From positions 128,001-192,000 of the forward strand of contig JBFJCP010000001.1 in assembly GCA_041615815.1 (NCBI GenBank): 64,000 nt of DNA, written 5' to 3'. Source of the stretch: Gemmatimonadales bacterium (lineage in GTDB: Bacteria > Gemmatimonadota > Gemmatimonadetes > Gemmatimonadales > GWC2-71-9). The notes under the pieces were generated by a model that worked only from the letters and a program-made list of their open reading frames with translations, did not search any database and was not told the origin of the DNA. Numbering within the stretch: position 1 is the stretch's first letter; each line of letters begins with the position of its first letter. The position numbers and the translations under genes are program-made. Positions 1 to 9,658 of the stretch are shown here, in pieces.

Positions 1-873
1 TCAGGAGGACTTTTTGGCTGGCCATTCGTAGAACCCCTTACCTGTTTTCTTTCCGAGTTCACCCGCGGCCACCTTCGACTGCAGGATGGCGGGCGGAGCG
101 TAGTGCGGTTCGTCGAGCTCACGATGCAGATGCTCGGCAATGGCGAGGCGCACGTCGAGACCCACGAGATCGCTCACCTTGAGTGGCCCCATGGGGTGGC
201 CGTACCCCAGCTCCATCGCCTTATCGATATCCTCCGCGCAGGCCACACCCTGTTCCACCATCCGCATCGCTTCTAGCCCGAGCACGACACCCAGGCGGGA
301 TGATGCGAAGCCCGGCGAATCGCGAACGATGATGGGCTCCTTGCCCATGCGGAGCGTCACGTCGCGCACCAGCGCCACCGCCTGCGGGTCGGCGCCGTCC
401 GGAACCACCAACTCGACGAGCTTCATGATATGCACGGGATTGAAGAAGTGCATCCCCACGACCCGTGCGGGCGCGGTGGCAGCCTCCGCAATGGCCGTCA
501 CCGAGAGGGCGGAGGTGTTCGTCGCCAGGACACAGGCGGGAGACACGAGTCCGGCCAGCGTACGAAACAGTGTCCGCTTGGCGTCCAAGTCTTCCACGAT
601 GGCCTCGATGACCAGGTCCGCCCCCGCGGCCGCCTCTGCCAGGTCGGCCGCGGCGGTCAGTCGCCCGAGCGTGGCCTCGGCCGCATGCGCTGTCATTTTT
701 CCGCGCGCGATCCCTCCGTCGAGATTCTGTCGGACCCTGGCGAGGGCCGCGGGCAGAGCATCCGGGCGACTGTCGGTGAGCGCAACGGTGAAGCCGGCCG
801 CGGCAGCGACCTGTGCGATCCCATGCCCCATGGTGCCGGCACCGATCACCGCGAGCTTCTCGATATCACTCAT
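1..873 (-). CDS. 3-hydroxyacyl-CoA dehydrogenase (PaaH/Hbd-like)
   Basis: Rossmann motif VIGAGTMGHGIA, plus LATNTS, GMHFFNP and GHPMGPL. Start trimmed to ATG at 873, which overlaps the stop of the upstream gene. Confidence 0.92.
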   Translation of the reverse strand: MSDIEKLAVIGAGTMGHGIAQVAAAAGFTVALTDSRPDALPAALARVRQNLDGGIARGKMTAHAAEATLGRLTAAADLAEAAAGADLVIEAIVEDLDAKRTLFRTLAGLVSPACVLATNTSALSVTAIAEAATAPARVVGMHFFNPVHIMKLVELVVPDGADPQAVALVRDVTLRMGKEPIIVRDSPGFASSRLGVVLGLEAMRMVEQGVACAEDIDKAMELGYGHPMGPLKVSDLVGLDVRLAIAEHLHRELDEPHYAPPAILQSKVAAGELGKKTGKGFYEWPAKKSS

Positions 874-1544
874 CGAGCTCCGACGACCGTGCGAGCGACG
901 TCGGGCACATTGGTGCAGAGGCCATCGATGCCCAAGGACTGGAGATCGCGCATGCGGGGCGCGTGATCCACCGTCCACGCGTACACCCGGACGCCGCGCT
1001 CGTGGGCGCCGCTCACCAGGGCTCGGTCGATGAGGTCTTCCCCCTGCCAAAGCTCGGTGGCGCCGATTTCCGCGAGAGGGCCAAAGGGATCGACGGGATA
1101 CGAGGAGGAGAGTGCGCCATACACGAGACGTGGCCGCTGCTTCTGGAGCCGCTGAATGATGCGATGGTCGAACCCATGGACGTGATACTGCTCGGGCGCC
1201 GGACCGGCGTCCAGCTCGGCGAAGAGCGCTGCATCCCGGTGGGCTGGGAGCGTCTTGACCTCGACGAACACCGTGAGTTGGTCGAGAACGCCGAGCGCCT
1301 CGGCGAGGGTGGGCAGCGGCTCGCCGTTGGCAAGCCGGTACTCACGAACGCGCGTTAGGGGGACCTCCGGGATCGTTACGGCACCGATGTGCGGATCGTG
1401 ATACAGGACGAAGTGCCCATCCATGGTGGTCTGCACGTCGAGCTCGACGGCGTCGGCGCCGAGGTCTCTCGCCGCCCGGAAGGCGGCGAGAGAATTCTCG
1501 GGTTCGTAAGCGGAAGCACCGCGGTGGGCGATGACGAGGGTCAA
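870..1544 (-). CDS. glycerophosphodiester phosphodiesterase family protein
   Basis: IAHRGAS..PENSLAAF, VELDV, HD and VYAWTVD motifs. Probable TTG start at 1544 overlapping the stop of the oxygenase gene. Confidence 0.88.
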   Translation of the reverse strand: MTLVIAHRGASAYEPENSLAAFRAARDLGADAVELDVQTTMDGHFVLYHDPHIGAVTIPEVPLTRVREYRLANGEPLPTLAEALGVLDQLTVFVEVKTLPAHRDAALFAELDAGPAPEQYHVHGFDHRIIQRLQKQRPRLVYGALSSSYPVDPFGPLAEIGATELWQGEDLIDRALVSGAHERGVRVYAWTVDHAPRMRDLQSLGIDGLCTNVPDVARTVVGAR

Positions 1545-2653
1545 TTGACCGAGGCCTGACGATGCTCGATCCAATCCCGGTCTTTCATGAGGTCGTCAAG
1601 GAGATCATAGTCCGCCTTGCTGGGCAACACGGACTCGAGGTACTGCTCGTAGCGCTCTGGGCTCACCTCGTTCCCATCCACGTCATAGCACTGGTGCGCG
1701 TAGAGGCCGATCCTTCGGTTGAACTTGACGTGCGGCAACTTGAGCCACCGGTCTTGCTCGGGAATGTACCGATTGAGCCGATCCACGAGTCGGGCACACT
1801 CCTGACGGTACAACTGGCGCGACGCCTCGTTGAGACTCGCCTGGTCCGCCGGTTCCGGGTTGTCCCGCTCATCGAACCGCCCTTTGAGCCCCCAGACATA
1901 GGCCCAGTGGGCCGACGACGAGTTGTCCGTGCCAAAAAGATCGAAGGCAGTGGGAACCCATTTGTTGAAGAACCGCTGCATCACCTCGGGGGGAACGCGG
2001 CCGGCCTTCAGGATCCGCATGAGGCCGTTATTGCCCGTACCGAGATGGTAGCTCTCTTCCTTGAGCATCGGTCCCATGGAGCGGGCGAGGGGGTGGAACG
2101 ACGATACCGAGAGCATCTTCAACTGAAACTTCCCATCCCGATCGATGAATTGCGTATAGGTGAAGAAATCGAGCCAGTTGTCGACGATCTCGTTGAAACT
2201 ACCGAGCAGCCGCTCGCCCTCTTCCGCCCGGCGCTCGAGCAGCTTCTGGGCCTCTCGGCGCCCCTCGTCGCCGAAGTGTTCACACAGCAGGTACGACATC
2301 TGCCAACCGTGGCGCATTTCCTCAGCCATGACCCGCATGATGGAGAGGAGGTCGTAGCTCGAAGGGGGATTGACCAACAGGTTGCGCTGCTGCTCCACGG
2401 AGGCGAACTCCGTGTCGCCCTGATAGACGATGAGGTTCATCAGGGCGTCGCGAATGCGCTGGTCGGGAATGTGCATCAGCGTGGGCCATTTGCGCTGTCC
2501 CTTGTAATGCCCGAACTCGATCTCCTCGACTTCGGGCTCGCCGAACAGCACACCAAACTCGAAGTTCTTGAGCTCCTTGCGATCGAGGCCGATCGAGTCC
2601 TGCCAATAATAGAAGTAGTCGATCCACTCGTCCCAGTTATGCACCTTGCGCAT
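1541..2653 (-). CDS. BoxB/PaaA-like ferritin-fold di-iron aromatic acyl-CoA epoxidase subunit (370 aa)
   Basis: QGDTEFASVEQQR, EEMRH, DRDGKFQL and EESYH di-iron ligand pattern typical of BoxB. Start trimmed to ATG 2653. Confidence 0.85.
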   Translation of the reverse strand: MRKVHNWDEWIDYFYYWQDSIGLDRKELKNFEFGVLFGEPEVEEIEFGHYKGQRKWPTLMHIPDQRIRDALMNLIVYQGDTEFASVEQQRNLLVNPPSSYDLLSIMRVMAEEMRHGWQMSYLLCEHFGDEGRREAQKLLERRAEEGERLLGSFNEIVDNWLDFFTYTQFIDRDGKFQLKMLSVSSFHPLARSMGPMLKEESYHLGTGNNGLMRILKAGRVPPEVMQRFFNKWVPTAFDLFGTDNSSSAHWAYVWGLKGRFDERDNPEPADQASLNEASRQLYRQECARLVDRLNRYIPEQDRWLKLPHVKFNRRIGLYAHQCYDVDGNEVSPERYEQYLESVLPSKADYDLLDDLMKDRDWIEHRQASVN

Positions 2654-2663
2654 CGTCACCCCC

Positions 2664-3455
2664 CTATCTGCCTTGGTAGGCTGGTTCCCGCTTTTCGAGA
2701 AACGCCGTGAGTCCTTCTCTGGCATCGTCCGTTGTGAAGCACTGCAGCTGGTGATCCAGCTCCATGTCGAGCATGGCGGTGAGATCACTCGCCTCGCTCG
2801 CATAGAGCGCTCGCTTGGCGAGCGCGAGCGCCACCGGTGGCTTGGCGGCCAGCATTCGCGCAAACGCCTGCGTTTCCGCTTCCAGGCGATCGTGCTCGAC
2901 CACACGATTGAAGATGCCGAGCCGCAGTGCCTCGTCCGCCGGCAGCATGTCGGCCGTGAAGACCAGCTCGAGCGCCTTACTGACGCCCACGAGGCGGGGT
3001 AAGAAGTAGGTGCCGCCCCAATCGGGGTGCAGCCCGATCCGGTTGAAGGTCTGCCCAATCGAGGCCCGGGTGGACGCAATCCGCAGATCGCACGCGAGCG
3101 CCAGGTTGGCGCCCCCCCCGGCCGCTGCACCATTGACGCACGCGATCACCGGCTTTGGCGTGGACCGAATGGTGGTCACCACCGCGCGCCCAGCCTCAAC
3201 CAGTGCCCGGAAGGCCTCGTGGTCTTGCGCGTCCAACAACTCGCGCATGTAGCCGATATCCGCTCCCGCGCAGAATGCGCGGCCGGCCCCGGTGATCACC
3301 AAGACCTTCACCGAGGTATCGGCGGCCATCGCGCGCACGGCGTCCCCTACTTCCTGCCGCATACGACCGGCAAACGCGTTGAGCTTGTCCGGACGGTTGA
3401 GTGTGATCGTCCCGATCCCGTCCGTCTCCTCCACCAACACGTGGTCGAAGCTCAC
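2664..3455 (-). CDS. enoyl-CoA hydratase/isomerase, PaaG-like
   Basis: [23 protein letters not shown] and [20 protein letters not shown] start overlaps the thiolase stop. Confidence 0.88.
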   Translation of the reverse strand: MSFDHVLVEETDGIGTITLNRPDKLNAFAGRMRQEVGDAVRAMAADTSVKVLVITGAGRAFCAGADIGYMRELLDAQDHEAFRALVEAGRAVVTTIRSTPKPVIACVNGAAAGGGANLALACDLRIASTRASIGQTFNRIGLHPDWGGTYFLPRLVGVSKALELVFTADMLPADEALRLGIFNRVVEHDRLEAETQAFARMLAAKPPVALALAKRALYASEASDLTAMLDMELDHQLQCFTTDDAREGLTAFLEKREPAYQGR

Positions 3456-4648
3456 GTTCGCTCCACGATCATCGCGATTCCCTGACCCACGCCAATACAC
3501 ATCGTCGCGAGCCCGTAGCGTCCCCCCGTGCGGCGCAGCGCGTGCACCAGCGTTGTCAGGATCTTGGCGCCGGACGCCCCCAGCGGATGACCGAGGGCAA
3601 TGGCCCCGCCATAGACATTGACGCGCCGCTGATCGAGCTTGAGCTCGCGAATACACGCCAGCGACTGGGCGGCGAACGCCTCGTTCAGCTCCACGAGATC
3701 CAAATCGTCCACGGACAGCCCGGCGCGCTGGAGTGCCTTGCGCGTGGCGGGGATGGGCCCCAGCCCCATATACGCAGGGTCGACACCGGCCACGGCCGTT
3801 GTGACGATGCGCGCCAGCGGCTCCATGTGCTCCGTGCCAGCAGCGCCCTGGCGAATGACCAGGAGCGCGGCCGCGCCGTCGTTGATGCCGCTCGTGTTGC
3901 CGGCCGTGACCGTGCCTTCCACCGCGAACGCCGGAGCCAGCGTCCCCAGCTTGGCTCTCGTGACGTCCGGCCGGGGATGCTCGTCGCGTTCGACCGTTAT
4001 CGTGGAGCCTTTGGGCCCCGGCACGGTCACCGACACGAGTTCGTCCTGGAAAACGCATCGTTCCATCGCCGTCTTGGCCCGCTGCTGGCTTTCGAATGCG
4101 AAGGCGTCCTGGTCCTCACGGGTGATCCCGTACCGGCGGGCCACGAGCTCTGCGGTTTGCCCCAGGGGAATCGTCCAGTCCTTGGGCATCCGCGGGTTCA
4201 CGAAGCGCCACCCCACGGTCGTATCCGCCATCTCCGGCGCCCGTCGATCCCACGCCGACCCTCGCTTGAGCATGACGTACGGGGCCCGCGTCATGCTCTC
4301 CACGCCGCCCGCCACGAACGCGCTTCCCTCGCCGGCTTTGATGGCTTGTCCGGCGCTGGCCACCGCCTGCAGGCCGGATCCGCAGAGCCGGTTCACGGTC
4401 TGGCCGGGAACGTCCACGGGGAAACCCGCGAGCAACGCAGCCATGCGGCCCACGTTGCGGTTGTCTTCACCCGCCTGATTGGCACAGCCGAGGATCACGT
4501 CATCGAGACGCGTTGGGTCGAACCCCGCACGGTCCACAGCCGCCTGCACCACCGTGGCCGCCAGATCGTCGGGGCGCACGTCAGCCAACGCGCCGCCGTG
4601 GCGCCCCACCGGTGTCCGGACAGCGGATACGATCAGGGGGTCGCTCAT
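3452..4648 (-). CDS. acetyl-CoA C-acyltransferase (3-oxoadipyl-CoA thiolase, PaaJ/PcaF-like)
   Basis: [33 protein letters not shown] and CIGVGQG thiolase motifs. Confidence 0.93.
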   Translation of the reverse strand: MSDPLIVSAVRTPVGRHGGALADVRPDDLAATVVQAAVDRAGFDPTRLDDVILGCANQAGEDNRNVGRMAALLAGFPVDVPGQTVNRLCGSGLQAVASAGQAIKAGEGSAFVAGGVESMTRAPYVMLKRGSAWDRRAPEMADTTVGWRFVNPRMPKDWTIPLGQTAELVARRYGITREDQDAFAFESQQRAKTAMERCVFQDELVSVTVPGPKGSTITVERDEHPRPDVTRAKLGTLAPAFAVEGTVTAGNTSGINDGAAALLVIRQGAAGTEHMEPLARIVTTAVAGVDPAYMGLGPIPATRKALQRAGLSVDDLDLVELNEAFAAQSLACIRELKLDQRRVNVYGGAIALGHPLGASGAKILTTLVHALRRTGGRYGLATMCIGVGQGIAMIVERT

Positions 4649-6078
4649 CCCAAGCCCATCCAGACCGTCTTGGTCTCGGTGTACCCATCCAGCGCCTCGC
4701 GGCCGAGATCGCGCCCGAAACCGCTGGCCTTGTATCCCCCAAACGGTGCCGCGGAGTCATACAGGTTGTAGGTGTTCACCCAGACGGTTCCCGCGCGCAC
4801 CGATCGTGCGACTCGGAACGCTTTTTGGATGTCCCTGGTCCAGATCCCGGCGGCGAGCCCGTACTGTGTCTCGTTCGCCAGGTGGATTCCCTCTTCCACG
4901 TCGTCGAAGGTCAAGACGGAGAGGACCGGACCAAAGATTTCCTCGTCGACGATCTTCATGCCGGGCTTGGCCTCGTCGAACACCGTTGCTTCAACGAAGT
5001 AGCCCTTGCCATTCACCGTCGCGGGTTTTCCCCCCGCCACGAGCTTGGCTTCGCGTTTCCCGGCCTCGATATAGCTGAGGACGGTTTCCTGTTGCCGCTT
5101 CGACACCACGGCGCCGAGACGGGTGGCGTTGTCAAAGGGATCGCCGGGGACGAGGCGTGCGGCACGTTGGGCAAGCTCTTCAATGACGTGATCGTGCACG
5201 GATCGCTCGACGAGCAAACGGGACCCCGCGGCACACACTTCACCCTTACCGTAGAAGATGCCATTCTGGGCACCCCGGACGGCCGCTTTGAGATCGGCGT
5301 CGGCGAAGATGATGTTGGGGCTCTTTCCACCGAGCTCGAGTGTCACCCGCTTCACCGTATCCGCGGCAGTGCGCATGATTCCCTTGCCGACCTCGGTGGA
5401 TCCGGTGAACGCGATCTTGTCGACACCGGGATGCTTCACGAGCGCAGCGCCCACCGTGGATCCACCGCCAAGGAGGACGTTGAAGGCTCCCGCCGGGAAG
5501 CCGGCCTCGGCCATGATCTCCGCCATGGCCAGCGCCGTGAGCGGCGTCTCGGAGGCGGGCTTGAGGATGACCGTACACCCCACCGCGAGGGCGGGGGAGA
5601 ACTTCCACCCCGCCAGGTTGAGCGGAAAATTCCACGGCACGATGGCACCGACGACCCCCACTGGCTCGCGGGTCGTGTAGACGAAATCCCCGCGCCCCAC
5701 CGGGAGGACCGTACCGGTCAGTTTGTCCGCCCACCCGGCGTAGTACTTCAAGGTGTCGACCGTCATGGCAATGTCGATCTTCGATTCGAAGAACGGCTTG
5801 CCGTTTTGCAGCGTTTCGAGCTTGGCGACATCGTTGCGTCGCTCGTGGAGCAGCTCCCCGGCTCGATACAGCATCTCCCCGCGGCGGCGGGCATCCAGCC
5901 CACGCCACTCGTCGCTTTCGAAACAGGTCCGAGCGGCGGTGACCGCCGCGTCCACGTCCTCGTCCGCCGCCTGCGCCACCGATGCGACGACCTCTTCGGT
6001 AGCCGGATTGATGACGGGGGCGGTGGCGCCGGAGGTGGCCCCCCGCCACTCGTTGTCGATGAAGAGCTCGGTGCGCAC
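4645..6078 (-). CDS. NAD(P)-dependent aldehyde dehydrogenase
   Basis: [24 protein letters not shown] and EEIFGPV. GTG start at 6078 shares a base with the upstream stop. Confidence 0.93.
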   Translation of the reverse strand: MRTELFIDNEWRGATSGATAPVINPATEEVVASVAQAADEDVDAAVTAARTCFESDEWRGLDARRRGEMLYRAGELLHERRNDVAKLETLQNGKPFFESKIDIAMTVDTLKYYAGWADKLTGTVLPVGRGDFVYTTREPVGVVGAIVPWNFPLNLAGWKFSPALAVGCTVILKPASETPLTALAMAEIMAEAGFPAGAFNVLLGGGSTVGAALVKHPGVDKIAFTGSTEVGKGIMRTAADTVKRVTLELGGKSPNIIFADADLKAAVRGAQNGIFYGKGEVCAAGSRLLVERSVHDHVIEELAQRAARLVPGDPFDNATRLGAVVSKRQQETVLSYIEAGKREAKLVAGGKPATVNGKGYFVEATVFDEAKPGMKIVDEEIFGPVLSVLTFDDVEEGIHLANETQYGLAAGIWTRDIQKAFRVARSVRAGTVWVNTYNLYDSAAPFGGYKASGFGRDLGREALDGYTETKTVWMGLG

Positions 6079-6905
6079 TACTGGCCCTTGAACGCGGCCA
6101 TGCGCTTTTCGACGTAGGCGCTCAGGCCTTCCTTGGCATCGTCGCTCTGGAAGAGCTGTTGCTGGAGCTCCCGCTCGATCGCCAAACCACTCTCGAACGG
6201 CACCTCGAGGCCCGAGCACACCGCGCGTTTGATGTTGCCAACCGCCTTGGCCGCCTTGTTGGGAGTGGTGAACTGCTTGGCATACATGACGACCTGATCC
6301 CAGAAGGTGTCCTTGGAGAACACCTCGTTCACGAGCCCGAGCTCCTGGCCCTTCTCGAAGGAAAACACCTCGCCCTTGATCATCACCTCCATGGCGCGCG
6401 CTTTCCCGATCAGCCGCGCGAGTCGCTGGGTTCCACCAGTTCCCGGCAACACGCCGAGATTGACCTCGGGCAGGCCGATCTTGCCCGCGTCCTGACAGGC
6501 GAGCCGGATGTCACACGCCATGGCGATCTCGAGTCCACCACCCACCGTGTGTCCGTTGAGCGCCGCGATGACGAGCTTGGGGGTATGCTCCAAGCGGTTC
6601 AAGGTCTCGTTGGCGTGGAGGCAGAAGAAGTACTTGAACCGCGGTGTGACGGACGAGAGCATCTTGATGTTGGCCCCGGCAGAGAAGAATTTCTTCCCCG
6701 CACCTCGCAGGATGATCACCTGCACGTCATCGTCCATCCGCGCGTCCAGGATGGCCTCGTCCAGTTGCCGCATCATTTCATAGGTGTAGGTATTGGCCGG
6801 TGGGTCGTTGAGCTCCATGATGCCCAAGCCGTCTTCCTTGCGGTACTCGACCAGGCGTTCGGTTTTCGCGGCTTTCTTCGATGCTGGAGTGGCAGTCGTG
6901 GCCAT
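6078..6905 (-). CDS. enoyl-CoA hydratase/isomerase (crotonase family)
   Basis: FFSAGAN, GGGLEIA and PEVNLGVLPGTGGTQRL; both catalytic Glu residues present. Confidence 0.9.
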   Translation of the reverse strand: MATTATPASKKAAKTERLVEYRKEDGLGIMELNDPPANTYTYEMMRQLDEAILDARMDDDVQVIILRGAGKKFFSAGANIKMLSSVTPRFKYFFCLHANETLNRLEHTPKLVIAALNGHTVGGGLEIAMACDIRLACQDAGKIGLPEVNLGVLPGTGGTQRLARLIGKARAMEVMIKGEVFSFEKGQELGLVNEVFSKDTFWDQVVMYAKQFTTPNKAAKAVGNIKRAVCSGLEVPFESGLAIERELQQQLFQSDDAKEGLSAYVEKRMAAFKGQ

Positions 6906-6911
6906 GGGACG

Positions 6912-7511
6912 TCATCCTCCCTGAGAGATCGTCGTGGGTGTCGGGACTACGCCGTGGAGAAACAGCTGGGTGAAGTGGTGCGCCAGCGCGTCGGGCGCCA
7001 CGGGTCCCGTTGGGTCGTACCAATTGTAGATCCAATTCATCATGCCGAACAGCGCGTACGCAGACACGCGGGCATCCGGTCCCCGGGTGTCGTCGACGGC
7101 CGCGATGAGGGCCTGAAGCATGTCGACGTACCGTCGTTTCAACCGATCGATGGCCGCGTGTCGCTCGCCGCGAAGCACGTCGGCCTCGTGCGACAGCACC
7201 TTCATTTCGCTCATGTGCTGCGCGAAAAACGTCACGTGGTGCGTTATGAACCGGCTGAGGCGATCGAGATCGTCCTCGCCCTCCGCAATGGCCGTGGTCG
7301 CCCCCTCGAGGACCCGCGTGAAGCAGCGTTCTTGAATCAAGAAGAGCAGCTCATCCTTGCCGCGAACGTAGTAGTACATTCCGGCCAGGCTCATCCCGGT
7401 GACCCGGGCAAGGTCCCGCATGGTGGTGGAGTGATAGCCCTTGGCCGCGAACACCTGGGCCGCAGTCTCCAAGAGCTGCTCGAGCCGGTCGTCGTAGGAG
7501 GTATTTGCCAT
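6912..7511 (-). CDS. TetR/AcrR family transcriptional repressor (PaaR/KstR2-like)
   Basis: N-terminal HTH (FAAKGYHSTTMRDLA..GMYYY..KDELL) and C-terminal GMMNWIYNWYDP. First gene of the operon. Confidence 0.9.
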   Translation of the reverse strand: MANTSYDDRLEQLLETAAQVFAAKGYHSTTMRDLARVTGMSLAGMYYYVRGKDELLFLIQERCFTRVLEGATTAIAEGEDDLDRLSRFITHHVTFFAQHMSEMKVLSHEADVLRGERHAAIDRLKRRYVDMLQALIAAVDDTRGPDARVSAYALFGMMNWIYNWYDPTGPVAPDALAHHFTQLFLHGVVPTPTTISQGG

Positions 7512-7512
7512 T

Positions 7513-7526
7513 CGAACGTTCGTTCG
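7513..7526. promoter_or_regulatory. putative PaaR-type TetR operator CGAACGTTCGTTCG
   Basis: Pseudo-palindrome matching CNAAC-N3-CGTTNG, lying between the -10 element and the ATG of the TetR gene. Confidence 0.7.
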
Positions 7527-7528
7527 GG

Positions 7529-7557
7529 AACTTAAGGGCGTGCTGTTGAGCGGTCAA
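7529..7557 (-). promoter_or_regulatory. sigma70-type promoter of the catabolic operon
   Basis: Minus strand TTGACC-N17-TAAGTT. Confidence 0.65.
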
Positions 7558-7679
7558 GACACCCTGCTGACTCGATCCGGCATAAACGCGGTACCGTGCA
7601 TTGCGTTGTCGCGACACTGGTTGCGGTCCTGCGATTGGCCGGAGGGCCAGGACCGAGAACTTCCGCGCGCCTGGGCGCT

Positions 7680-7704
7680 TAACGTCTCGGGGGTGCGGAC
7701 GTCA
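7680..7704 (+). promoter_or_regulatory. putative ECF-type (autoregulatory) promoter
   Basis: TAAC-N16-CGTCA ending 8 nt before the GTG of the ECF sigma gene. Confidence 0.45.
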
Positions 7705-7712
7705 TACATGGC

Positions 7713-8261
7713 GTGAGCGCGCCAGAGCCCACGGGAGCACCGCCGGATGCCGTGCTCATTCGAGCGTGGCGGGAGGGCGAGGAGACCGCGGCGGCCGAGC
7801 TCGTACGCAGGCATGCGAGAGCGCTGGCGCGGTATCTGAGCGCGGGTGGGGCGGGGGACGACGTGGACGACTTGGTCCAAGAGACGTTCTTCCGCGCGTT
7901 CCGCCGCATCGAGACCTTTCGGGGGGAGGCGAGCTTTCGCGGATGGTTGCTGGCCATCGGCTCCAACGCCCTGAAGGACTACCGCCGCCGGCTGAAGCGT
8001 CGGCAGGTGCTGCCGTTGGAAGACCGCGAGATCGTGGACGAGGGCAGCGATCCCCACATGCACGCGCGCGAGCGGGACCTGCTGGAGCAACTACAGGCCG
8101 GGGTCGAGCGGTTGCCACCCATGCAGCGCGACGTGTTCTTGATGCGGGCACAGCAGGGGCTGGAGTACGGGGCGATCGCGGAGGCGTTGGAGACGAGCGT
8201 GGGCGCCGCGCGGGTCCATTATCATCACGCGGTCAAACGGTTGAAGCAGATTCTGCAGTGA
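7713..8261 (+). CDS. ECF RNA polymerase sigma factor
   Basis: DLVQETF..AFR, FRGEASFRGWL..I..N and region 4 HTH (LEYGAIAEALETSVGAARVH). Confidence 0.92.
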   Translation: MSAPEPTGAPPDAVLIRAWREGEETAAAELVRRHARALARYLSAGGAGDDVDDLVQETFFRAFRRIETFRGEASFRGWLLAIGSNALKDYRRRLKRRQVLPLEDREIVDEGSDPHMHARERDLLEQLQAGVERLPPMQRDVFLMRAQQGLEYGAIAEALETSVGAARVHYHHAVKRLKQILQ

Positions 8262-8271
8262 GGGTGACGCG

Positions 8272-8676
8272 ATGATCGACGAACGCGATCTCGAGAAGCT
8301 GGCGCCCCGATTGGGCGATCGAGCCGCGGAGCGGATCGACCCAAACCAGGTGGCGAGCGACGTGCTGGCGCGTCTCGCGGCCGAGGCGGAGCCAATCCGC
8401 TGGTGGCGACGCCCCGCACTGCTGCGGATCGCGGCGGCCGTGACGCTCGTGGCCGGAGCGAGTTTCTTCGCCCTGCGCGGTTTTTCGGGCGGTGCGGGTG
8501 TGGTGAACGAGGGTCTCCCGGCTCCCGTGGCCTTGGAGGAGTTGGGCGTGACCGAGCTCGCCGAACTCGTGGATTCGCTCGAGGTCGACGGTCCCGTCTA
8601 CCGGTTGGTGCCCGCGTCTTTGGACGACTTGTCGGAGCAGCAGCTCGAGCTGTTGCTGGAGGAGATGGAGGGATGA
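8272..8676 (+). CDS. putative membrane anti-sigma factor
   Basis: Directly follows the ECF sigma; WWRRP followed by one TM helix and an acidic C-terminus. Confidence 0.65.
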   Translation: MIDERDLEKLAPRLGDRAAERIDPNQVASDVLARLAAEAEPIRWWRRPALLRIAAAVTLVAGASFFALRGFSGGAGVVNEGLPAPVALEELGVTELAELVDSLEVDGPVYRLVPASLDDLSEQQLELLLEEMEG

Positions 8677-9167
8677 TGGTCCGCAGAGTCCTTGTGGTCG
8701 TGGCACTCCTCGTCGCGGGAACGGTGCCCTCGGTGGCCGCGCAGCAGCCGGATGCGCGGCGGCAGCAGCTGCGGCAGCAGGTGATGCAGCGTTTCCTCCA
8801 GAATTATCGCAATGCCGCCGGGCTCGACGAGGGGCAGTTTTCCCAGTTTCGGACGCTCGCCGAACGGGCTTTCGAGGCGCGCAACGAGCTTCAACGGCGG
8901 GAACGGTCGCTGTGGCAAGCGCTCGAGGGTCAGATGCGGCCGGGGGTCGCGGCCGATCCCGACAGCGTGACCGTACTGCTCGACGGATTGGTGGGTATCC
9001 AGACCGAACGGGTCGAGCTCCTGCGCTCCGAACAGGCCGAGTTTGCCGCGTTTTTGACACCGGTCCAGCGGGCCCAGCTCACCCTCTCACTGCGGCGGCT
9101 GCAGATGCAGATCGACCGTGTGATCGACGAGCGGATGCAGGGCAACCGCCCGCGCCGGCAGGAGTGA
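8673..9167 (+). CDS. secreted Spy/CpxP-like helical protein
   Basis: Signal peptide, Gln/Arg-rich helices, LDEGQ and LTPVQRA motifs. ATG overlaps the previous stop. Confidence 0.65.
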   Translation: MMVRRVLVVVALLVAGTVPSVAAQQPDARRQQLRQQVMQRFLQNYRNAAGLDEGQFSQFRTLAERAFEARNELQRRERSLWQALEGQMRPGVAADPDSVTVLLDGLVGIQTERVELLRSEQAEFAAFLTPVQRAQLTLSLRRLQMQIDRVIDERMQGNRPRRQE

Positions 9168-9188
9168 TCTGAGTGAGGAACGCGGAGA

Positions 9189-9217
9189 CCAGACGGCGGC
9201 CTGCGGCCGCCGTCTGG
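9189..9217. terminator. GC-rich hairpin between convergent genes
   Basis: CCAGACGGCGGCC-tgc-GGCCGCCGTCTGG, 13-bp perfect stem with no clear U-tract. Confidence 0.5.
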
Positions 9218-9272
9218 CGTTGATGCGTATCCGGTCTGGAATCAACCAACCCCGATCCGATGGTCCCCGCCG

Positions 9273-9644
9273 TCACGCCGGGGGGGAGCCCGCTGCCCGT
9301 GTATCCTTCAGAAAGGCCCGGGCCAGCGCCGCAAGGTGTTCGGAGTCCGTCCGTGCGACGAAATCCTGCAGTTGCCTCGTTTGACCCCAACGTCCAAGTG
9401 TCTGGATGGCATGAGCCCGAAGCGTATCGTGTGGTGATGCGGCATGGTGGTGTCCAGGATCATCTTCGTGTAGCTCGACCTCGCGGTCTTCGTCCAGAAG
9501 GTCGACGAGCAGATCGATGGATTCCGCGGTGGGCTGGCCACGAGCGATCTTCGTCACGGCATCGCGCATTCGGTTCCACGTTCCAGGCTGAGGGGTGTGA
9601 TCCCCACGAAGGACATCCCGCATAAAGTCGTGTTCGTCTGCCAT
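9273..9644 (-). CDS. hypothetical protein (helical, HEAT-like, His-rich patch)
   Basis: ORF starts 15 bp after the upstream gene's stop; protein-like composition. Confidence 0.55.
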   Translation of the reverse strand: MADEHDFMRDVLRGDHTPQPGTWNRMRDAVTKIARGQPTAESIDLLVDLLDEDREVELHEDDPGHHHAASPHDTLRAHAIQTLGRWGQTRQLQDFVARTDSEHLAALARAFLKDTRAAGSPPA

Positions 9645-9658
9645 GACCGTGACCCTCG

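Noticed and set aside
2654..3133. N-terminal extensions in the ORF track (BoxB-like, crotonase, ALDH, gap, carA, tsaC and others)
   Set aside because: They overlap neighbouring real genes; homology and RBS or stop-start overlaps point to later starts.
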